64,000 bases of DNA. It comes from Antedon mediterranea (Eukaryota; Animalia; Echinodermata). The stretch spans positions 21,470,871 through 21,534,870 of the forward strand of contig NC_092676.1 in the NCBI RefSeq assembly GCF_964355755.1, read 5' to 3'. Shown here in pieces: positions 1-12,500 of the stretch (position 1 is its first letter; every line of letters starts with the position of its first letter). Position numbers and translations under genes: made by a program. The notes under the pieces were generated by a model, which saw nothing but the letters and a program-made list of their open reading frames with translations, was not told the DNA's origin and did not search any database.

Positions 1-3000
1 GTATGACAACATCATCGAACTAACAATTGGTTCATTTTTTCCCTTTCAAATTCTACTGATTTTTGCTCGAACAAACAATCCAGATGAAAAAATAAAAACA
101 AAAATGAGCACTACATTACGTTTGAAGAAAAATGTTTTTCTATAGAAGAGACACGTCAATCACACGTCGTATGTTTCAATTAAATTTCAATTCAACAAAC
201 ATTTATTTCATCAAATGCCATACAAATAATACAAAGCATAAAATGAGGACCAACCTAGAAGTAAAACTTGTCTCAGTTAGCCTTTTAGCATAGGTACAAA
301 AAAATAATATGAACAAGTAAGAATATGAAGCATCAGTAACAGTATATAAGTGTTTGTATATTTGATTAAAGTTTGTCTTATATTATTTCAATGTTGTAAC
401 GCACATGACGATCTCAACCCCCCCCCCCTCCCCCAACCACCCACCCAACCCCTTCCTAAAACAGTTGTTTTAGTTATATTTGTTATGGTATTTATAACTA
501 TTGTGACCGGCATTCGACGACATGTTAATCTAATGGGCATTAGGCCTAACATACCTTGAGCAAACCCAGTTATAAATCGTTATTATCAAAAGTATTAAAT
601 TTATTATGACATCATATTGTTTGAAGTTATAATAAATTCCACAGTAAACTTATATGTTGACGTTTTGAAACAGAAGCCAAATAACTGAGTAAATGCACAT
701 TGTTGCCAATAACAAAAATAGTTTGGATTACCATTACATTTGTATCAGTTTCCCTATACTACCTTGCCACAAGGCTCCGAATTCTTCAGTGAAATCTACC
801 GCCCGGTTAGATAACTATCTCAGGCAGGCTTTCCTATGGACACATAATATTAACAAAGACATCAAAAGTCATCGATGGGCCTTACTATTTTTTTATGGGA
901 AACCTATACAATCGTACATATAATAACCTGCAATAGGAGTGGGGCAATTAGTATTACTGTATTAGGCGACGCGACTAAGCTCTCAACGTGTTAGGAATTT
1001 AGCTCGTTGAGTCTAAAAGAAACTCATTCACCTTTAACACCACCTTAAAACTATTTCCATATTTGCTATGATAGATAATAATGTTATATTTTGTTGTTTA
1101 AAGAACGCATATTCCATTTAGACAAGATGAAATGTTTTGTTAGACCATGGGAGACATTTTATACGGTGTTTGATATCTAAATTGTGCCTCCAAGCTACGC
1201 CTGTATTATTGTCCCGATGGGAATGTAAAAAGCATTAACGAATGTTCTAATATGAGGTAAATTATGGGTATACTTCGACCTTATTCCAACCACGCCAAGC
1301 CGTGGTTCATAAAATAGAGTAATTATAATTATCGTGTGTAACATTATTTCATGAATATGCCTACCTCTTCATTTTCTGCTAATGCTTGCCTTAATATGAA
1401 TACTGTATTTTCTTCTCCAAAAGTAGGTATTTAAAAAAAATATCGAAATGCTCCTTTGGTCCTGCACGTCTAATAAACGTCTCAAGAGATTGGCTGCTTG
1501 TTCCTCGATACTTGGGAGACATTCTAACAACTCTAACAATAATCTGAACCAGACCGTTAGGAATCAACACCAACAACCGAGTGAATGATTATTTTAGCTT
1601 TTTATGCACATTCTGTTGACTAGCCTACTTCTCCCTATAAACATAACCTGCTGAAATTTAGACTTTATGTAGCCCTATAAAGCCGATTTCAGACAAACAT
1701 AGGCACTGTCCAAATAGGGAAAGGTGCATGACTGTGCAAAATATTGTGAATATCTTCAAGCTTGAGATATACCTTGACAATCCAAATGTAGCTGAGCAAA
1801 TTATGAGTAACATAACGCCCTTTTTTTTTATTAGTTAAATGCAGTGAATCGAAATACCTTGCGTTCACAATAACGAATATATACGAATGGTATAACATAA
1901 CATCGGATGTACATCCGAAACATATCCTAGTTTATAGGAGCAGTACAGCGGAGTTTTTTTTTTGGAGTTATCGACATGAAGTAATAAAGAGATTTAATCC
2001 ATCTTTTACGTAAGTTTTAGGCATAACTCTACATTATATGTAATGATAACTCTATCGTGTGGACACAGCTATGAAACAGGAAATCTCGAATTCGGCGTTA
2101 TTGACAAGCAATTACTGTAAATTAATTGTTAAATTGATATCGTATTACACATGCTTATAATATATTAAAAAGTGTGAAGTGCGAATCTGGGATCCATGAT
2201 ATAATTAAGCGAAGTTGTAAAATAGTGTGATTACATGTATTCATGACATGTGTGTTTTGTTCCATCACTAATTTAGGATGACGGCAAGCTTATTTACTTT
2301 TATTTGCCTGAAGACTTTTTCGTAAACTAACTTCACCATGTTTTAAAAAGACCAGGCCACGTAGCTTGTCCAGTGTTTATGTATTGACTAATAGCTGTTA
2401 ACGCCTGTGTTGTTGCAATGGGATCTCGGTGAGCGTTAAATAAAGTTCCCTTCTAGTTTCGCCAAACGAACACCTGGTGTTTGTCAAAATGTATTCAAGT
2501 TGCATTATTTAATTGCAATTACATTTAACAGTACTGCAGTTAAAGTTAATGAATTTGAATTGAATTACGGTTAATTTACTTTGCAGTAGGCCTTATTATC
2601 GGTTCATTCAAGTTAATATGTTGCAGTTACCAAATTCTGACTTAAATGTATTACCGGTATTTAATGTAGTATTGATAGTTAATAACGGCAATTCATTTGA
2701 TATAGCTACACCCGGACTTCAGTTAACTACCATTTAATTGTATCAAATTTCAACTGCAAGTGAATTATCAGTCAAGCTTTCAACGAATATAAATATTCTC
2801 CCTATTCAATATTCATTATTAAATTTCGGTATAGGCCCAGCAAAAAGCCCAAGTATACGAACGAAATATTGTAGTACCATTTCATATCAACATTGATGCC
2901 ACATTTACGTTTGATAGAACTCCTACTGAACGGTACGCGGTATTAATTAACCAATCAAATTACTAGGATACACTCGGGCGTGCTTTCATTAATTTTAACT

Positions 3001-4127
3001 GTCGACATTCAGAGAGGTATCTATATTTCGCACACTATAACATGTGTGTTTTGTATTTATAAACATATCTACGTTTCCTGGTATATTTGGTGATGACTAC
3101 TTCACATTGTCAAGTTTACTTTCTCACGGTACAATCAGACTTACGAAAACAATTCAGATTAATATGAAGACAATATTCTAACTTATCTGCCTTTATGATA
3201 TTACCCGTCTCTATACTTGTCATTTCTAGTTAATATTTCAAAATATTTAGATATAACAGAGGAAATTGAAATCGCCTTATTGATATAAGGTTACGGTCAT
3301 CGGCATATAAATATAGCATAATACGATCACATTATATAAACTGTACCAGTGGTCGCTTAGATTCTGGTCTTCAAAAGTAGACAACTTAATAAATGGCAGA
3401 TGAGTTATTATTGGCTAGACAAATAGTCTGCAACGAATGACGATAAAAAGTAAAGGCGTAGATATATAAAACAATATTTTATTTATACAAATTAAATAGA
3501 TTTTTATACTGTAGGTTGTCGTAGTGTATTGTATGTGTGCTACAAGGCCGGATGATTGTTTGGTAAAAAGGTGTTAACTAAAAATTAAGACTATTCCGAT
3601 ATCTTTAATCTAAATCAATGTAATGTAAATATAAAATGTAGCTAAATAAAAGTAAATATTGACTTAACGAAACAAGTTGATATGTTATTACTTTTGGTAA
3701 ATTTACCTCATATGACAAGACCCCAGAATCTCTTTTCTCTAAATCGATATATCATCAGGAGGAGTTTTCTGTAAGGCCGACAGTTTTTAATATAAAATCA
3801 TTTTTCTAAAACTAGTATTCATTATTATTATCTTCATCATGTAATTAAGGCAACCGAAACGGTACCTATACACGACTTTATGGCTATCATGAGGATATGT
3901 ATACTTAGAATGTTTGATCTGCCGCCAGGTCTTGTCGTGTGTTTAGGAAGAGTGATGTATTGCTCTCGTTAATAAAACATCGAATTGCATTTTAGTTCAT
4001 CTACACCACATTAGTTCGGAGAAACACGTTGTTGAGCAATAACTTTTACCTCAAGTTCAATGGAAGTGCACCGTAAAGTTTCAAACTATCGTCGGAGGAA
4101 GACAATATCAATGGATATGTTTTACTA

Positions 4128-4476
4128 ATGTTGTAGCACATTCAAGCAATTCTGATATAAATATAAACAAATACTTTGACCATCCTGATTTATTAGAAAT
4201 CATTAATGGTCTGTTTGATTTAAATTCCAATAAATACATCTTAAAATTCTGATACACGTTAATGTATAATTTGTTTATAATTACATTGTATTAATTTTCT
4301 ATGTGTTAATATTATTTATTGAATACCATATTCAAATGTGATGGCGCTAGTTACAATTCAATGTTGTAGCACATTCAAGCAATTCTGATATAAATATAAA
4401 CACATTCTTTTACTATCCTGATTTATATTAAATTCCAGTAAATACATCTTAACATTCTGATACAATTTAATGTATA
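4128..4476. repeat. Local duplication
   Basis: ATGTTGTAGCACATTCAAGCAATTCTGATATAAATATAAAC at 4128 and 4361, with continued similarity. Confidence 0.8.
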
Positions 4477-5420
4477 TTATATATATATATATATTATTGG
4501 AACAAGCAGTAACAAATATCACTCCGGAGTTATATCTATAGTCTGTATAAATAAATTATCCAAAATCTATATTCAATGGTTTATTTAGATAGAATGTGAT
4601 TCTTTTTTTGTCAAACTTATTTCTACCCTTGATACAGGTTAACCGAAATTTGGATGCGCTCTGACGTAATTTACGTTCAGTGAGAAAAAGTAAAATAACT
4701 ATTGTTTGACATTCAAACATCTTAAAAAGAAACATCAAAGCATGTAGACAAAAGTGAATTACAACATTGCTTAAGTGCAGTTTAAGAGACGGGAATTTTA
4801 TGGTCAACAAAATTCCAGTCTATTGGGAGTAGTAAATTTTATAATTGATTGAATTCTATATTTTTTTTGTATCCTGTATTGTTTTTATTCCATGTTTCTC
4901 TAGGTAACAGCTGATTGTCAGTCAAACGATATCAAATATCACAATTTATTACAATTTAATTTATTTCGTGAAGAAAAATTTAATATTGAAGTGCAACTAC
5001 ATAAAATACATATAAAATGGTTGTGTTAACATCTTTAAATATTTGTCTGTATTTTGGCGGCGATTGCTTTCCATACACATTATCATTCGTTTTAATTCTT
5101 GAAAATTCTAAAAAACTTACAGCGACTTCTATTCTTTTCAAATACATGTACAGTATTAACTAAATAGGACACGTATGCCTATTCAGTTTTTAAAGTAGCG
5201 TGTGATGCATTTCAGAATATTGTATAGTGCTATGACACTAATTTTCAGGAATACATGGGAATTTTACATGGCACAGAATTGGAACAATCTTCTATTTTCC
5301 TTGAATTAAAGTGGCAGAAATCCAGTATAGAATATATAAACAAGAATATTTCTTACAAAAAACGCTGCTCGCTTATTGTTATTGCTAAGGTCAAGTCTGG
5401 GGGTCACTTCATCACGCCTA

Positions 5421-6341
5421 GGGCCTGTTTCTGCTGAGCAGAAATAATCGATTATTAACCGTTTATTTTTTTAATCGATTATTTTTGGGCAGCAGAAACG
5501 GCGCAAAATAAAATAACCGATTAAAAATAACCGATTAAAAACACTCAATCCATTGCGTGTTTTAATCGATTATTTCTTGTTTTAACCGATTATTGCGGAG
5601 CAGTTTTGAGCTGCAACACAAATAGCGATTATTGACCTCACTTTGACCTCTAGAGTATGACAAACTTAATCACGTCACCACAAAGCATGCTGTTTATTTG
5701 CGCGATATCGTCGACGACGATCAGCAAAACAACGATCGCGATGTAGGGTAGACCGAATAACAATCAAATGTTAAACATTTGATTTTTATTATTTTGTGGG
5801 GGAGAATTATACCGAGAGACTCCGGGATTCTGTGTTACAAGTACACCCGTTACATACCACCAGTTCAGGCTAACGATGTTTTACATGTCATTTGTTAGGC
5901 CTGTTGTCTGTTGACTTGTTTCGGTAGAAATATATAGCCTCTTAGGCCTAGCAGGCCGAAGGTAGAACCAACGAACGGCGAAACGAACTTTTTTCGCCGA
6001 CGTGTCCTTATTAATATAACATCATTATTCTGTTGTATGTGGTACGGTAGTAGGCCTAGATGTTTATTTTACAAATAATATAGCTTTACGTAAGAGTAAT
6101 TTTTAATTGTAGGTCTACATGTGAGAGTTTTAGGCAGCGATAGGATGTAAACAAACCAACTCTCATCGGCCTTTCATAACTTGAACTGCGCTGTGGGGGA
6201 ATGATGACGTGATTTTAAAAACCGATTACCTGAATAACCGATTAAAGTCGTAGCAATTTTCAATTGCAACGCGATTATTTTTGTGGTTTGCGGTGACTGG
6301 AAAAAATCGATTATTTTGATTTTTTCAGCAGAAACAGACCC
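5421..6341. mobile_element. Non-autonomous DNA transposon (PIF/Harbinger-like MITE)
   Basis: TIRs GGGCCTGTTTCTGCTGA / TCAGCAGAAACAGACCC, flanks CTA/TTA, and subterminal AATCGATTA/AACCGATTA repeats at both ends. Confidence 0.75.
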
Positions 6342-9300
6342 TTAGATACTTCAAGTATCCTATTACAAACAAAAACTTCAATGGACTGTTTTGATAATAA
6401 TTCAATGATTATCTGACAGCGAATTATATCATGGGACTCATAAATACCAGAATGCTTTGGGATTTGTCGTTAGACTCTTTTCTCAGCCGTTTTTGGATTC
6501 AACAGGTGGTACCAATAAATTATAGTGGAGTTTCCATTTTAACAAAAATGTCAAAGTGTAGTACTATAAAGCTGCTTGATTTCATCTAATGAATGAGTCA
6601 TCTCGTGTGACGTAGCGGGCTAGAGCAGCAGCGTGAAAAAATACAGAATGTCAATAATATTATGGTTATCCGAAAGCACCTGCGAACCTACTTTTCAGAT
6701 GAGTTATGATGACATACGTATGGCTCCAAGTTGAATTTCATGCGTCATTTATATCAAAAAATCTGGAAAATATTAAGCAAGTCAAATTGTTTTATAGTAG
6801 AATAGATCAACAGATATTATAGAGATTTTGCCTTCTTTTATATATTTACTTGTTTTGCTTATAACATAACCAGTACGGTTCACGTAAGTTGGACACAATT
6901 TACAACTATGGTTTCTACTCGGGTAGGCCTATATATTATTTTTAACATTACTAAAGTATGATGATATGCCTATACTACGCTACTATAAAAACCTTTTTTA
7001 AATAGTGGTTGATTGTAGGAAAGTAACGTTCTTTTTAGGGTATTAGACATGATTGGATTATTTAAAACATTTCTTAACCAGAAGTAAATATAAAAACGAC
7101 AACAGTTTGAAGATTATGAAATGAAAACTATGTCAGCAAGCAAAAATTGAACATACAAACAGAGAGGATTGCCGGATATATTTCCACAAGTTAGTAAATG
7201 GTATTGTAACTGTACATTCAGATGAAAAAGGAGCATCTCCATTCATGTTTTTTTGGTTCACCAGACGAATTTATTCGTGCGAATCGAACGTAGTTTCGCA
7301 GGAAAAATTTCGCCATCCATTAATTTTTCCACTACCAAGTTTTATTTTGATTGCATGACGATGTGTTTGTAAAAACTGTTCGATTACATACACCATCATG
7401 TGTTCTCAGAGTGGTGGTATTTTTCGAAAAACATCCTAAATTATCCAAAGAACGAGTACGTCAGACTTTTGTAAGCTTACCGGATCATCAACTATAAATC
7501 TTTACCTTTTTCCCCCCAAAATAAACATATATTTTGTTTCGTTGCAAAACGTCTGGATCAACCACTCAGAATAATTTGTATTGATGCATGTACAACTATC
7601 TAGGGACAATGTTATGTACCTGCCCAAACATTGTTGAATAATATCTTGTGATAAACCGTAGAATTATTTTACTGTTCAGCCCACTTTCCCAAGAGATTTC
7701 CCCGGATAAATAGAATATAGGTGAGTTCATAAAAACGCAAGACAAACTTTTGATAGGTAAACGTGGTTTGTCGAATGGTTATTATTTTTGATAAGGAGTT
7801 TTTTTTTACTTTGATTGACTGTCAAAAGAAATTTCGCTTCATCTTCAAAACATATCTTGTGGTTCACAACGGATATTGAACTAGAAAATGTTCTTTAAAG
7901 TTAACGTGACATTAAAATGTTATTTTCCAACCGTAACATTACTCAATCCAAGCAGTGTAAATGTCTTAAATACATAAACCTAATGTTCTAATGTTCACAT
8001 TTTACGTATACATAATTGACTGCGACAGTGTCTGAACTTTTTATGGGTATGAACTGTAACCCTTTGGTATGTAGGCCCACCTCCATGGATGCTTGGGTTT
8101 TACGAGATCAATCGAGTACGGTATTGGATATTTAGTATGTTTGGTAATATGTTTTTAAGCCTAGAAAGATTTTGAGGAGATTATCCGATTATGGTGTATT
8201 TTAAATTCAGAACAAGGTATTCTTTATAAGCAATACAGATTAGGTTTCAATCTATAAAGATTTTCTTGTTGAAACGATATATTTTTTTTGAGTGATAAGT
8301 TATGTCTCGGAGATTGCGGTGGTGGTAGAGAAAGACTAGTGATAGTAAATCTTATGATGAAAGTGATACAAGTGATGTGGACGATATGTTGAAAGTGATG
8401 TTTAATAAATGTGATGCTGATTTTCACAGTGATGGTTAATTGTTTTTTAAAAAGTGTTGATTACACACATTTATTTTATTTTATTTAAGGTTATAATTAT
8501 TATTTGATGAATTCAGGAATTAAGGATGAGGATGATATTTTTTTTAATTTAAAGACATATTTATACAGGAGAAATAATAACACCTATTCACATTAATATG
8601 GTAATGGTTTTTTTTATAACAATGCGTAAATAACCATATATAACACTTAATAAATAATCTAATAATACTGTATATGGCAGCATTATTTTATTAATACCTC
8701 TCCATGGTATAGGCATAATACTGTACTGTACTTTTTGAAGTTTCACAACCTTGGCGGGTGGGTTAAGCCATGTCCACGGTTAAACCCCTCAGACTGTCAC
8801 TTAGGCCTAATTGCGGTGAGCACTTCCTATCTATATTTACACGGCGTTGACAAGATGGACCGTCAACTGCCAAGCTTTCAGCAGAAACGTCTTTTGCTTT
8901 TAAATATATATTTTCAATAATAAACTTAACGTCACTTAATATTACCGCCATACTTAATAGCGTTCACCTGTTTTCGTAAAGTTTAATCTTTTTTCTTTCC
9001 ATTGATTGATATGATGATTGATGGAATGATAGGCGGTTGTTATTGTATGAAATGCACAATGATTAAGCTGAATTTAGTGTGGGTATGCGAAATGTCAGGA
9101 AAATATTTTCAAAGAATTCGGTTAGATATAAAGCTGTATCCGAAATCATAATCATATTTTAAGGTATTTTGCTTACTAATAGTTACCGGTATTTTAACGA
9201 CAAGAATACTATAGGTTATTTTAAACAAGATTAAATTATGCCCTTTTAAAGTGTTAAGATTTTAATGATTATATTATATATATTGCAATGTCATGGCATG

Positions 9301-9568
9301 GTCACAGAAACATGCTTCCAAGGGCGCTGACCGAGAAGAAGGGAGTGAGATTTAATCGAAAATTTATTTTTTTTTTAGTTTCAAAATCGATATTAAATTA
9401 TAAATTTAAAATCTTTAAACTATTTAAATCTCTAAAAATCATCTTATACAAAAAAAAAAAGAAAATAAATATAACAGCATTTCTGTTTTACAAATTATAA
9501 AAGTAGATTGTAGGCCTATATTAATGTTAAATAATGTGTATTAACATTAAAATGTATTTTCGTTGTAG

Positions 9569-12500
9569 GTAAAGAACGTCTTATGGACGTATACACACAA
9601 TGTCGTACGGATGCTCCAGCAAGCCTGATTCTAGAATATTTTTGTAATGCAGAATTTGGTAAGTAATGTAACATGATGTTCAACATCTTCACAGATACAC
9701 CAATCGATGTATTATATCATCACTGCACAACATATATACCATCTCAGGATGTTCATCTAAAATGGATTTCTTTTTCATTATTAAACTCCTCCGTCCCTGA
9801 AATACTATTTTTGTACCAAGAAGTTTCTTTGTCGATCCCCGTGCCTGCCTTGTGTAAGTAGACTATACCAAATACCAACAGAAGTTCAACGCTAACGTCT
9901 CAATTCATATACGTACACTTAAATCAAATATTTTATACTGTAGGCTCGGGCCTACCACTATTTTAGACTTGTATATTGTTTATTACGATTGCGAAGGAAA
10001 ACAACATAAAAATAGTCCGGCCCTTTAAGGAATACGGACCATAAAGTTAAAAAAAGCATCATTACACCTTTCTTCTATGATTAAATTCGGATCAAATAAA
10101 TCTCCGCGTCTTTGCTTATTTAAGTCGGAATATAAAAGAAATTCTTCAAGGAAGACCTACGCTACTCTTTATTTTATTACATCATAAAACTATAAATATT
10201 TTTATGATTACATTTCGACTCGTGGCATCATGACAAACATAATGTAATACAGTATTCTAAACATTAAAAACAAAGATATAATTATCAAATACATAATGTG
10301 TTTATTTAATTTTTTATTTACATTTGAATAATGACAATCACCAATGCATTAAGCCAGAGGATGAATCATCTTATCTTAGGAAAACTCCTTGATTTCACCG
10401 TACTACAGTGGTACATGGTCGTCACATGTTAACGATGTATTATAGGAATCATTTACACTGTACCGTGGTTATGTTACTGAATATAAGACAAACAAAATAC
10501 GTCTTCATGTTTTTGCTAATGTTATGTGATAAAATAGGCACGTGTGAACAACGGATGATGTACAAGACGATAAAGCGAGAAAAACACCGTAAAGTAAATG
10601 AATATTAGCCTAATGTGTTATAAGAGACTTATAAATTGTTAGTTTCTTCCCATCCTGTAATTGGCAATCCCAACGATAATTGATGTTGTGGGTGGTGGCA
10701 AATAGGTTCTAGGACACTTACCCCCTAGACAGTTACCCCCCGGATGTTTACCACCCGGACAACTACCCCCTTAGGACAACTACCCCCTTAGGATAACAAC
10801 CCCGGGACAACTACCCCTGGACAACCACCCCCTTAGGACAACTACCCCCTTAGGACAACTACCCCCGGATAACTACCCCCGGGTAACTACCCCCCCCTCG
10901 GGTAACTACCCCCCGGGTAACTACCCCCGGTCAACTACCGGTTTCTGTAAAAATGAAATCATCTGTTTTTAACGGGTGTTTCGAAACTAGAGACCCGAGA
11001 CCAGAGACCTGACACGAGACCCAATACGAAAAGGGAGACCTATATTTGGGTCTCCCTTTTCGTATAGTGTGGTCTCTCTTTTCGTATAGTGGGGTCTCCC
11101 TTTTCTTATAGTGGGTCTCCCTTTTCGTATATTTGGGTCTCCCATTTTGTATATTTGGGTCTCCCTTTTCGTATATTTGGGTCTCCCTTTTCGTATATTT
11201 AGGTCTCCCTTTTCGTATATTAGGGTCTCCCTTTTCGTATAGTGGGGTCTCCCTTTTCGTATAGTGGGGTCTCCCTTTTCGTACGTGGGTCTCCCTTTTC
11301 GTATATTTAGGTCTCTCTTTTCGTATTGGGTCTCGGGTCTCTGGTCTCGGGTCTCCAGTTTCGAAACACCCGTTTTTAACCGATTATTCTGTTTAACAGC
11401 ACTCTAGACCCTAGATGTGCTAGATTTAAAGTACCGTATTTATTGAAAAAACGGCCTGGGATGTTTATTGTTTAGGTGGTTTTTAGGTGGACATTTATTG
11501 GAAGAAAGTTGTTTATTCAATGGGAGGGGTTATAATCTAATGGAAATAGACGCCTATATTATTCCATATGATGTTTCATGGGAGTGACATGGTCACCGTT
11601 TATTTGAAGTGAATTTATTTAAAGATCGCCGTTTATTCGGTGAGTGAACATTGAGGTCAAATATCAAAAGTGATATTATTCTTCAAGTGTAAAAAAATAC
11701 ATATATGACAAATTTGAGACAAAAATTAATTCTTTTAAGACCAGTGGTTATCGAAGCATTGTCCTGACGCAAACATTATTATTATTATTAGCGAACCCAG
11801 TCTTTACAGTAAATACAGGGAGTACTATATAATACGTTCGACTATCCTATGATCATGTGTGACAATCTTCAGTTTATACCAGGCTATATTTATGTTCAAT
11901 CTTTTACTTTTGTTTACAATAATGAATAGTAATTCGTCAAAGTAACGAATTAAAATATAGTTAGGCCTATTAATTCCTATTATACACTGTTGCAGAGTCA
12001 GGTTGTTGAATGGTCTGGGTGGTAGTTGTCCGTCCGGGGGGTAGTTGTTCTAAAGGGATAGTTGTCTGGGTGGTAGTTGTCCACGGGTTAGTTGTCCTAC
12101 GGAGGTAGTTGTCCTAAAAGATTATTTGCCCTCGGAGTATTGTCCAGGTCCAGGAGGTACAGTAGTTGTCCTACGGGGAGTATTGTGTCAGAGGTAGTTG
12201 TCCGCGGTTTAATTACCCGGGGGGTAATTGTTCCTAGGGGGTAATTGTCCGGGGGGTAGTTATCCAGAGGTTAGTTGTCCAGGGGTTAGTTGTCCTACGG
12301 AGGTAGTTGTCCTAAAAGATTATTTGCCCTCGGAGTATTGTCCAGGAAGTAGTTGTCCTACGGGGAGTATTGTGTCAGAGGTAGTTTTCCGCGGGGTAAT
12401 TACCTGGGGGGGGGGGGTAATTGTCCGGGGGTAATTGTCCGGGGGGTAATTGTTCCTAGGGGGTAATTGTCCGGGGGGTAGTTGTCCAGGGGGTTGTTGT

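Noticed and set aside
1-9568. Search for the SFRP Frizzled-CRD exon
   Set aside because: No Cys-rich ORF of suitable size; the region is interpreted as intron, with the exon upstream of the window.
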